From the IMG/VR virus record IMGVR_UViG_3300044983_000111, positions 1-33,600 of that record: 33,600 nt of DNA. The stretch is one strand, 5' to 3'. The notes under the pieces are model-generated. The model had not been told where the DNA came from. It did no database searches and worked only from the letters and a program-made list of their open reading frames with translations. Positions 25,694-33,600 of the stretch are shown piece after piece. A program made the translations under genes and the position numbers. Every line of letters starts with the position of its first letter. Position 1 is the stretch's first letter. Source of the stretch: a virus. Its lineage: Duplodnaviria > Caudoviricetes.

Positions 25694-27346
25694 ATGGCTA
25701 AATCACAAGAACAACCAGGAGGAACCATTGAACTGACTAACTTTGAGGGTGCTTTAACTCGAAAGAAAAATGGACAGATTAATTCGGGTCTTGCAAAGTT
25801 TTCGACGTCTTTTGGATATGATCCTTTCTCTAAACCAGGCCAATTAACATGGCTTGAATCGCCTGTGGATATTACGGGATCTCAAATTACAGATCTAATT
25901 GTTGCTGCAAAACCTAGATATGAGGCTGCATCTAGTTCTTTATTTATATATGCAATCGGAAGTTCAGGAAGACTATATAAGATCACACCCAACTCAATTT
26001 CTAATCCTAATCTAGATACAGCTTCAGTTTTAGGAACTCTACCCAATGCTTCTTTTAATTTCGGTGGTTCAATGGACTTTTATGGATCAACAGAAAAAAT
26101 ATATATCGGACAAGATGATCGTGTCCAATCAGTTAATTTCGATGGAAGTAGTCCAACGACAGTTGGGACTGTGGCAGATTATTCAGCAAATAGATATCGA
26201 CCTATGATGCAGTTTATTGGTAAGTTAATTTTTGGTAATGGAAATAATATAGGTGCAATTGATTCTACCGGGACAGTTGTTTCTTCTATAGTGGGTAGTC
26301 ATTACGAACATCTCTCCCCAGGACTTCCACCAGAAACATACGTAACAGATTTAGATGTATCTCCTGATGGAAACTATTTATTCATTACTACTTCTGGAAT
26401 AACTAATGAAGGTATTGCCACAGTATCAAATGATAGACAAGCTGCAGCAGCAAGTAATGGAAATATCTATAAATGGAATGGTAGCGATTTAGGTATAACC
26501 GCTCAAACAATCATTCCTTCCTATGCAGTAACAGCTCTTCAGACATTTCTTGATAATAATGTATTTTTTTCCAATGACAGTTTTGGCACATCTCTTTCTA
26601 GTGGCTCACAAAAAAAGATTACTCTTCCAAATAATAAATCTCCTTTTGCTAACTCTACTTTGGTGAACGGAAACTTTGTTTCTTGGATCGCTCCTGAACT
26701 TAATACTGCTGGAACGGGACTAAATGCATCTATGTATTACTACGGAAATTTAGATGACGAAAATCCAAAAGGAATGTGGAGAGTTATGAGATACAGTACT
26801 GCATTGGCAAATGGATTTGTATACCAGACTCCCGTTAATCTTATGACAAATAATAAATATTCAACAGTAAATAATGCGGTCAACGCAGTATCTACTCTTG
26901 GGTATGGAAAACATTATTTTTCTACATTTGAAGTTAATTCATCAAATACAACTGTTTCTTCCACAACTGCTAAATTTTATCGTTTTTGTATTACTCCAAC
27001 AGGAAGTGGTGCACCTCAATTAGGAGTCTGGGAATCTCAAAATCAACTATTTGGAAAAAGAATTAGTGTTAGTGAAATACGTGTATATACAGAACCAACA
27101 GCAGCAAGTAATGGATTTCAATTAGACATCATCGGTAGTGATGGAAATGTTGTAACTAATGGAACATTTACATATACCTACGCAGCAGGAACTGACATCA
27201 CCCTTCTTCAAGGAGCTTTAGAGCGTATTAATTTTAACGTTGATATTAAAAATCTCTATTCAATGGGAATTCGAGTCACGAATACAGGAACGACTAATAT
27301 GATCATTAACAAAATCGAAGTCGATTGGGTCTATTCAGGAAAATAA
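25694..27346 (+). CDS. Probable tail hub/nozzle protein (beta-propeller-like, P22 gp10/T7 gp12 position)
   Basis: 550 aa, beta-rich, N-terminal NFEGAL, follows the adaptor. Confidence 0.55.
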   Translation: MAKSQEQPGGTIELTNFEGALTRKKNGQINSGLAKFSTSFGYDPFSKPGQLTWLESPVDITGSQITDLIVAAKPRYEAASSSLFIYAIGSSGRLYKITPNSISNPNLDTASVLGTLPNASFNFGGSMDFYGSTEKIYIGQDDRVQSVNFDGSSPTTVGTVADYSANRYRPMMQFIGKLIFGNGNNIGAIDSTGTVVSSIVGSHYEHLSPGLPPETYVTDLDVSPDGNYLFITTSGITNEGIATVSNDRQAAAASNGNIYKWNGSDLGITAQTIIPSYAVTALQTFLDNNVFFSNDSFGTSLSSGSQKKITLPNNKSPFANSTLVNGNFVSWIAPELNTAGTGLNASMYYYGNLDDENPKGMWRVMRYSTALANGFVYQTPVNLMTNNKYSTVNNAVNAVSTLGYGKHYFSTFEVNSSNTTVSSTTAKFYRFCITPTGSGAPQLGVWESQNQLFGKRISVSEIRVYTEPTAASNGFQLDIIGSDGNVVTNGTFTYTYAAGTDITLLQGALERINFNVDIKNLYSMGIRVTNTGTTNMIINKIEVDWVYSGK

Positions 27347-27347
27347 T

Positions 27348-28589
27348 ATGGATCAAGAATCAATACAAAAACTAATAGAAGATGAAGTTAGCAATGCAAT
27401 GGCTTTTAGTACAAAAAAAGTCGGAGATACTCCGACAGATGCTTTACAATTGACTCCAAAGAAATACGTTGATACTCAAATAACAACTTTATCCTCAATA
27501 ATATCAAATAACATCACAAGTTCTATTGCTAGTCTTAGTACAAGTAGTCCTTTCGGTATAGGAGTTGATGGTGATGTCTCTTTATCTTCTGGAACAACAA
27601 TTCTGACGCGAGACATGTACTACAACAGTTTAACTTTAACAGGTACGGCAATAGTTGATCCAGCTGGATATAGAATTTTTGTAAAAAACACTCTAACAAT
27701 TGGAACTAATGGAGGGAGCGATACATGTAAAATAATACGAACTGGTAATTCAGGAAGTCCTGGACTCAATGGAAGTACTCAGGCAGGTGGTGCAGGAGGT
27801 GGTGGGGGAAGTGTTATGGGCGGCATTACATTGTCTGACGGTAATGCTGGAACACCTGGAGCTTCTGGAGGGTCAAGTCCCACAAATGCAAACGATGAAG
27901 CTGGAACTGTTGGAGGAACTGGCCCAAGTGGAAATAGTCCGACATCGTCAATCGGAGGAAACGGTGGAAATGGTAATGCAGGTGGTATCGGAGGACAATA
28001 TGCTGGATTTCTTGGTGGAGGTGTAGGGCCTGGAGGTACTGGAGGTACTGTGACAAGACCAGCAAATATACCAGACTCATTGTCCGATGCTATTAATTTG
28101 TGGAATCCCAAAACTTTTGTATTAGATACTAGTTCGGCTGGGGCAGGTGGCGCAGGTGGAGGTGGTGGAGGAGCCCATGCAATCAATAGAATTCCAGGTG
28201 GTGGTGGTGGTGGTGGTGGCTCAGGAAGTGATGGAGGTTTCATTGCTGTGTACGCAAAGACAATTATTAACTATGTTGCTGGAGGAATTCAATCTAAGGG
28301 TGGCGCAGGTGGTGCAGGAGGTAACGGAGCTAATGCTTCAGGAACACTAGGTATAGGCGCAGGTGGAGGTGGTGGAGGGGCAGGCGGTAATGGTGGTACC
28401 GGCGGTGTTGTTATTGTCATGTATTCATCTCTTACTCAAGGAGGAAGTGGGTCGTTTCTTGCTTCAGGTGGCGCAGGTGGCGCAGGTGGAACTAAAGGAG
28501 CTCCAATCGGATCAAATACAGTAGCCGCAGGAGATGGTTCAACTGGAGCAACAGGAGCAAGTGGCGTCGTATGGCAAGTTCAAATCTAA
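27348..28589 (+). CDS. Glycine-rich tail fibre/appendage protein
   Basis: FG.G.DGDV...LTRDMYYNSLT head followed by many GGAGGGGG/GGxGG runs. Confidence 0.65.
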   Translation: MDQESIQKLIEDEVSNAMAFSTKKVGDTPTDALQLTPKKYVDTQITTLSSIISNNITSSIASLSTSSPFGIGVDGDVSLSSGTTILTRDMYYNSLTLTGTAIVDPAGYRIFVKNTLTIGTNGGSDTCKIIRTGNSGSPGLNGSTQAGGAGGGGGSVMGGITLSDGNAGTPGASGGSSPTNANDEAGTVGGTGPSGNSPTSSIGGNGGNGNAGGIGGQYAGFLGGGVGPGGTGGTVTRPANIPDSLSDAINLWNPKTFVLDTSSAGAGGAGGGGGGAHAINRIPGGGGGGGGSGSDGGFIAVYAKTIINYVAGGIQSKGGAGGAGGNGANASGTLGIGAGGGGGGAGGNGGTGGVVIVMYSSLTQGGSGSFLASGGAGGAGGTKGAPIGSNTVAAGDGSTGATGASGVVWQVQI

Positions 28590-28605
28590 TTTAAATACTA
28601 AAACT

Positions 28606-30618
28606 ATGGCAGATACATATACAAACCCAAATGCAAATTTCTTTCAACCAGGACAGGGTGGAAACCCGACTACTTCTGCTGCACCTGTTACTCCGATAAA
28701 TACAGCGCAACCAACTCCTGCAATAGCGATCACTAATACTCCTACACCAACAAACACATACACGGGAAATTCTATTGTTGATGCTCTTAAATCTAGTGGT
28801 CAAGCTAGCGACTTTGCTTCAAGAGCTAAACTCGCTGCGGCTCAAGGTATCACAAACTATACAGGAACAGCAGATCAAAATACTCAGTTACTACAAAAAT
28901 ACCAAGCGGGACTTGCAGCTGCAAAAAGTAGCAATGCTCCTGTGCCAGCGACTTCGGGGGATGCTTCTGCAAAGATACAAGATATAACTAAACAGTCCAC
29001 GGCAGACATTCAACAACAACAGGCAGGTGCAGATCAAGCGAAAGCAATTACAGACAAGATGAACAATGATCCTGGATTTCAGCAACTCCAACAGGATCAG
29101 AAAGATTATCTCTCTGCACAAAATCAGCAACAGTCACTTGCAGATGAGTATGCCAAACTTATCGCAGAAGCAGGTATTCCTGCATTGAATACTCAGCTCA
29201 TTAACATGAAATCAATCATGGATGGAACTGAGCAGGACATTAGGAATGAAATCACTAAAGCTGGAGGCTTTGCCACTGAATCACAAGTGCAGGCACTAAC
29301 TGTCGCACGAAACAAAACAATGATTCAGAATTACAATAATCTTCTTCAAACGAGAGATGATGCTTTGAGTCAGATCAATACAACTCTTGGATTTGAAGAA
29401 AAAGATCGAGCTGCTGCAACCGCATTAGCACAAGAGAAAATGCAGTATGACAAACAAGTTTCTGATTACGCTCAAAAAATGCAGACAAACGCAGCCGATG
29501 CATATAATAAGATAATTGCAACTCCTGGATATGGATATAAATCTTTGTATGCCTCAACTGGTGGAGATGCTCACACAATTTCATTGATTGAAAATACTTT
29601 AGGACTCTCACCAGGTAGCCTCAAAACTCTCTCAGAACAGAATACTCAAAAATGGTCTGAACCATATTCACTCGGTGGAAATCTTGTACAGAAAGACAAC
29701 CAGACTGGAGAAATCCGCACAGCTGTGGCAAATGCTGGAACTGGTGGAGGTTCAGGTGGAGCAGATACTGTCACTCTTCCAGGAGATCCAACAAGTCAAA
29801 GTATTCTTGCAAACACAGGTCTGTCTATTCCAGCTTTCGGGTATCTGACTCAAGGTACATCTGCCCTTACTCGAATGAGTGCTAAAGAAAGACTTCAATA
29901 TATGAATGAAGCTCAGAATTGGGCTAATAAAAATGGTATTGATTTGGCTACATTCCAGTCACAGTACGAAGCGTATAATACGGCTCTACAGAGCAATATT
30001 AAGCGAGTTAACAATGTAAAAGTAGCTGAAGGTGAACTTACGGGAACACTTGCTAACCTTGCGGCAGCAGCTGACGAAGCTTCGTTTAAAAACATGAAAT
30101 GGGAGAATGTGGCCAAACTATTTGCGGGTCAACAGTTTAATGATGCAAATGTATCTAAATATGCTTTCCATCTTAACCAATTGCGTTCTGAATTAGCACT
30201 ATACAACGCTGCTGCGGCTGGGAAAACAACAGCCGACCAAAAAGATCAGGACGAAGCTGAGAGAATTATTAAGGATGGTTTTGCTAAGGGAAGTATTACA
30301 GGATTCCAGTCTGCCCTCAAAGCATCCGTTGAAAAAATGGACACAGTACTTCAACAAAATGTAGAGAGAACAAATGGACAAGTTTGGAGTCTCTTTGGAG
30401 TAACAAAGCCTACAGTATCTCTTGGTTCTCCAAAAGATAGTCAGACGGTCGAAGCATTGCTAAGTAAAAATGGTTACAACTACAACGATCTTATTTCAAA
30501 GATGATGGCTCCTGGAGCAATTCCTGAAGGTAAATATCCAGCGATTGATGCAGTGACAGGTAAACCGTTTGCAGCAACAAAAGAAGAAATTAAAAGCGGT
30601 AAATATATAGCACTATAA
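28606..30618 (+). CDS. Probable DNA ejection/internal virion protein with DUF3597-like domain
   Basis: SIVDALKSSGQASDFASRAKLA...GITNYTGTADQNTQLL segment; long Q/A-rich helical body; start moved to ATG 28606. Confidence 0.6.
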   Translation: MADTYTNPNANFFQPGQGGNPTTSAAPVTPINTAQPTPAIAITNTPTPTNTYTGNSIVDALKSSGQASDFASRAKLAAAQGITNYTGTADQNTQLLQKYQAGLAAAKSSNAPVPATSGDASAKIQDITKQSTADIQQQQAGADQAKAITDKMNNDPGFQQLQQDQKDYLSAQNQQQSLADEYAKLIAEAGIPALNTQLINMKSIMDGTEQDIRNEITKAGGFATESQVQALTVARNKTMIQNYNNLLQTRDDALSQINTTLGFEEKDRAAATALAQEKMQYDKQVSDYAQKMQTNAADAYNKIIATPGYGYKSLYASTGGDAHTISLIENTLGLSPGSLKTLSEQNTQKWSEPYSLGGNLVQKDNQTGEIRTAVANAGTGGGSGGADTVTLPGDPTSQSILANTGLSIPAFGYLTQGTSALTRMSAKERLQYMNEAQNWANKNGIDLATFQSQYEAYNTALQSNIKRVNNVKVAEGELTGTLANLAAAADEASFKNMKWENVAKLFAGQQFNDANVSKYAFHLNQLRSELALYNAAAAGKTTADQKDQDEAERIIKDGFAKGSITGFQSALKASVEKMDTVLQQNVERTNGQVWSLFGVTKPTVSLGSPKDSQTVEALLSKNGYNYNDLISKMMAPGAIPEGKYPAIDAVTGKPFAATKEEIKSGKYIAL

Positions 30619-32042
30619 TGGCAACACCTTTTAACTACACTCCAAGTAAGACGCCAGCTTCCGCAGGAGGAGCAACGCCTTTTAATATGAATGCACCAGC
30701 CAAACCACAATTAGGAATGTTGCCAAATCCCCAGGATCCAGTAACCCAAGCAGCAAGTAATACCATGAATGATTACTCTCAAGCAGTTCCTAATTTTATG
30801 AATGCGTCTCAGTCAGGACAATCTAAGAATCCGATTGTTAAAGCTGGTGAAGGAGCTCTTGCAGCTACGGCAAGTGGTATAAATACGATCTTCTCTCCAA
30901 TTACTAATGCTGTTAAAAGTGCTTCTGATTCATTTGCTCAGAACGCAAAGGATCCATTGAATCCAAAACAACCACTTACTTCTAACCCAGTAGTATCAAA
31001 ACTACTAGATTTCTTTGGAAACGCATCAGGAGGATTGGATAAATGGGTCCAAGCTCACCCAGAAGCTGCACAGAATCTTAATAACGCCATTACAGTAGGA
31101 ACTACTGCACTTGCAGGCGGAGAGAAAGGATTAGACAAACCTATTGGAACTGTGAAGGGGATTGTAGAAGCCCCAGCAAAAGCTTCAGAAGGAATTATTA
31201 ATAGTGCTGATGCCGTAAAAAATAAGGTTTCTAATACACTCGAAAGTCGAGGACTGGCCAAAGACACACAAAAAATTCAAGAAATGATTTCTCCTAAACC
31301 GACTGTGAAACAGGCAAAAATTGCTCAGACAGAAGGACGTCTTGTGCAAGGAAAAGAACCAACTCTTTTTAAGGCGGGGACTGAAGACAAAATACTCCCA
31401 ACAAAGAAATCTGTAGAGGCGACTGACCTTATTCAGAAGAGTATTCCCGGTGCTTCAAAAATGTCCGAGGGAGAATTGTACAAAGCTGTTGATGAAAACA
31501 TTAGTAATACAGCAAAAAAGCTGCGTCCTCAGATGGAACAAACTCCAATTAAGCCAGAGACAATTCAAAAAATTAATGATGATTGGACAGAATTAAAGAA
31601 GTCACAAATGGAAGAGGCACCTGCAACTGAGGAAGCAAATGTAGCAAAACGACAAGCTAAATTTGAATCTCTTCTTCAAAAGTCTGGTTCTGGGAACCAT
31701 GCTGATCTATGGGATACTGCGATAAATTATGACAATAGTATTCCAGAAGCTGTTAAAAAGGCTAATTCACTATCTTCTGAATCTCTTCAACTTCAAAAGG
31801 AAGAGTGGCTACAGAATCGAAAAATACTAGGCGATGCTATAGGAAAAACCAATATACCTGAGTTTAAACAGATGGCAAGTATGTACGAAGCGAAGAATGG
31901 CTTACTCTCTAAAGCTAAAGTAAACGGAGCTCGAATGAGTAGGGTAAATGAGTTCCTTAAGAGGAATCCTAATTTAGCAAGGTTCTTTGGTGGAGTGACT
32001 ATGTATGAAATAGCAAAACACGTAGGTTTACCTTTGCCTTAA
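30618..32042 (+). CDS. Probable DNA ejection/internal virion protein
   Basis: TAATG coupled; A/G-rich helical N-half, K/E-rich C-half. Confidence 0.55.
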   Translation: MATPFNYTPSKTPASAGGATPFNMNAPAKPQLGMLPNPQDPVTQAASNTMNDYSQAVPNFMNASQSGQSKNPIVKAGEGALAATASGINTIFSPITNAVKSASDSFAQNAKDPLNPKQPLTSNPVVSKLLDFFGNASGGLDKWVQAHPEAAQNLNNAITVGTTALAGGEKGLDKPIGTVKGIVEAPAKASEGIINSADAVKNKVSNTLESRGLAKDTQKIQEMISPKPTVKQAKIAQTEGRLVQGKEPTLFKAGTEDKILPTKKSVEATDLIQKSIPGASKMSEGELYKAVDENISNTAKKLRPQMEQTPIKPETIQKINDDWTELKKSQMEEAPATEEANVAKRQAKFESLLQKSGSGNHADLWDTAINYDNSIPEAVKKANSLSSESLQLQKEEWLQNRKILGDAIGKTNIPEFKQMASMYEAKNGLLSKAKVNGARMSRVNEFLKRNPNLARFFGGVTMYEIAKHVGLPLP

Positions 32043-32212
32043 GCATAATGAAGAAACAAGTAACCCATATAAAGTATGAATATAACAAAAGCAACGGCGA
32101 CCAAAAATACAAAAGAAACAGCAGTAAATGCAACTGGAGCTTTGCCTTTTGTTACAAAGAATCCTATAACAAGCAGTAGACATATTAATCCGAATAGAAG
32201 AAAGAATCCCAT
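32039..32212 (-). CDS. Small 2-TM membrane protein (moron)
   Basis: MGFFLLFGLICLLLVIGFFV...FVIFILYMGYLFLHYA; 57 aa from ATG 32212. Confidence 0.6.
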   Translation of the reverse strand: MGFFLLFGLICLLLVIGFFVTKGKAPVAFTAVSFVFLVAVAFVIFILYMGYLFLHYA

Positions 32213-32252
32213 ATAAGTTAGTGACCGAAAAGTCGTTAAACTAAGTTCTTTG

Positions 32253-32864
32253 TTAATTAGACGGCACAGTGAAAGAATAAGGAGAAGAAGTCGCGATTTC
32301 ACTAGAATTTAGAGTACTCCAGTCTTTAGCATATTTTGTAACTACTGTTAGTGTACAAGTATATGTTGCACCAGGTTTTAATGCTGCTGCAGATTGTAAT
32401 TGAGAATCATCATCATTAAGATAGCAAACTTCTTTTTGATTTTGTGCATCCTTATTAGTACTCCATCCATCCTGACTCCAATCAAGAGTACCGGTGTATA
32501 TATAATCTCCTTCTACCTTTTTTACAATTCCTGCAACTGGTTGTTTAGTAAAGAAAAATGTTGGAACTGGTGGGGTTACTGTCACTGGAGTCTGAACAAC
32601 AGGACTAGGCATTACAGGAGAACCGATATTTGGCACTGGACTAGGAGTTGTATTTTGCACAATCTGGTTCACTTGCGTTGTAAGCGTTACTTGTTGAGCA
32701 GTTTGTATCCTCAATTGCTCCATAAGTCCAGCAACTTGCTCCTGAAGCAATGTAATAAGCTGCATCAAAGCCTGATTGTACTGTTCCTGAGTCGTTTCTG
32801 CTCTTACGGGAGAAACGGCTAAGGTTAGCCCTAAAAATAGCCCTATAATGTAATATTTTTTCAT
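32253..32864 (-). CDS. Secreted/surface protein (moron): signal peptide, coiled coil, P/T linker, beta domain
   Basis: MKKYYIIGLFLGLTLAVSPVRA|ET signal; QLITLLQEQVAGLMEQL; two Cys in the C-terminal domain. Confidence 0.75.
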   Translation of the reverse strand: MKKYYIIGLFLGLTLAVSPVRAETTQEQYNQALMQLITLLQEQVAGLMEQLRIQTAQQVTLTTQVNQIVQNTTPSPVPNIGSPVMPSPVVQTPVTVTPPVPTFFFTKQPVAGIVKKVEGDYIYTGTLDWSQDGWSTNKDAQNQKEVCYLNDDDSQLQSAAALKPGATYTCTLTVVTKYAKDWSTLNSSEIATSSPYSFTVPSN

Positions 32865-32868
32865 AAAA

Positions 32869-32929
32869 TTAAAAGCCATCACATGTTGCAGATGTAATGG
32901 CTTCTAACCACAACCCTGCAACGGTTATG
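32869..32929 (-). ncRNA. Compact kissing-loop/terminator leader RNA
   Basis: Minus strand: CATAACC[GTTGCAG]GGTTGTG-GTTAG-AAGCCATTACAT[CTGCAAC]ATGTGATGGCTT-TT; the two 7-nt loops are exact complements; G-U pairs work only on the minus strand. Confidence 0.65.
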
Positions 32930-32949
32930 AGTAACCACCAAACCATATC

Positions 32950-33270
32950 ATGAACCCACAAAATACACAAGAGAATAATCCACAGGCAACTGCTAACAAT
33001 GCAGCAGCTTCTTTGGCGTTCGCAACGCATCTTTCCACACAAATGATGCAACATCAGAATCCTTCGCAAGTAAGTCCTGAAGAACCAGAAGAGAACCCTG
33101 AAACAAATCAGGAAGATTCTATTAAGAAAATTGAAGAAGATGTAGATGCACTAAAAAAAGAAGTTAAAGGATCAAAAGTATCTCAAGAAATAGAGAATAT
33201 TCGTAGTGAACTAGAAGCTTTATTGAAGGACGAAGGTGAAGAACCTAACGAACAAACCGATGAAGACTAA
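32950..33270 (+). CDS. Hypothetical acidic coiled-coil protein
   Basis: 106-aa ORF. Confidence 0.65.
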   Translation: MNPQNTQENNPQATANNAAASLAFATHLSTQMMQHQNPSQVSPEEPEENPETNQEDSIKKIEEDVDALKKEVKGSKVSQEIENIRSELEALLKDEGEEPNEQTDED

Positions 33271-33600
33271 AAATAAAGACAAAGTAAAAGAATTACTTGG
33301 TAGATTAAATTCTTTAGAGAATAGCAGTTTTCCTGATGTTAAATCTCTCTCTGATGAGATAATTAATAAGGAGTACTCAACTGTTGCGGATCAAGTAAAG
33401 AATAATTCAACAGTAAAGATGTTAGACGCTATTCATGAAAAACTAGAAACCTTTAAAAAAGATTTTGACCTCAAACCCATTAGTACTGCGATTGAGAATT
33501 TTCAAAATGAAATAAGTTCTACAAAAGAAGAAGTTGCTAATCGTCTTCAAGAACATTCTTCTATACTCGAAAGTAAGAGTGCTGAATTACAGAAACTTAT
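33260..33600 (+). CDS. Coiled-coil protein, 3' partial
   Basis: MKTKNKDKVKELLGRLNSLE... open to the window end. Confidence 0.6.
   Translation, partial: MKTKNKDKVKELLGRLNSLENSSFPDVKSLSDEIINKEYSTVADQVKNNSTVKMLDAIHEKLETFKKDFDLKPISTAIENFQNEISSTKEEVANRLQEHSSILESKSAELQKL

Noticed and set aside
27779-28243. Proline-rich minus-strand ORF
   Set aside because: Antisense shadow of GGN glycine codons in the tail fibre gene.
27348-32042. Diversity-generating retroelement target
   Set aside because: No reverse transcriptase in the window and no TR/VR pair differing at adenines was seen.
1-33600. Stop-codon reassignment, introns/inteins, tRNA genes
   Set aside because: Hallmark genes (terL, portal, MCP, GTs) are full length and uninterrupted in code 11; no cloverleaf was seen in the few intergenic gaps.

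Overview
This window is 33.6 kb of a tailed dsDNA phage or prophage genome, almost all encoded on the + strand. It reads in standard code 11, is AT-rich and largely lacks Shine-Dalgarno sites; a Patescibacteria/CPR-like host is an inference. Gene order: recombination/replication (YqaJ-like exonuclease, initiator with an internal iteron origin, NinB), then a run of small nin-like ORFs, two DnaA-box-linked promoters and NinG. Next is a ~7.2 kb glycan-synthesis cluster (2x GT11, GT6, 2x GT2, GT17, DegT aminotransferase, RmlD-like SDR, DUF5672, DUF3431), then a shortened GroEL-like chaperonin, terminases, portal, head genes and podovirus-type tail/ejection genes. A reverse-strand membrane/secreted moron lies near the end. 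Best leads: (1) a duplicated structured leader RNA with complementary kissing loops and mutually exclusive terminator/antiterminator helices ahead of the head genes, plus a third kissing-loop element on the minus strand; (2) a probable virion-glycosylation system, with ABO-type GT11+GT6 enzymes and a recurrent S-[V/I]-x-[G/S] motif concentrated in predicted exterior virion proteins; (3) a chaperonin lacking the GroEL inter-ring contact segments. All family calls come from motif recognition by eye, not from database searches.
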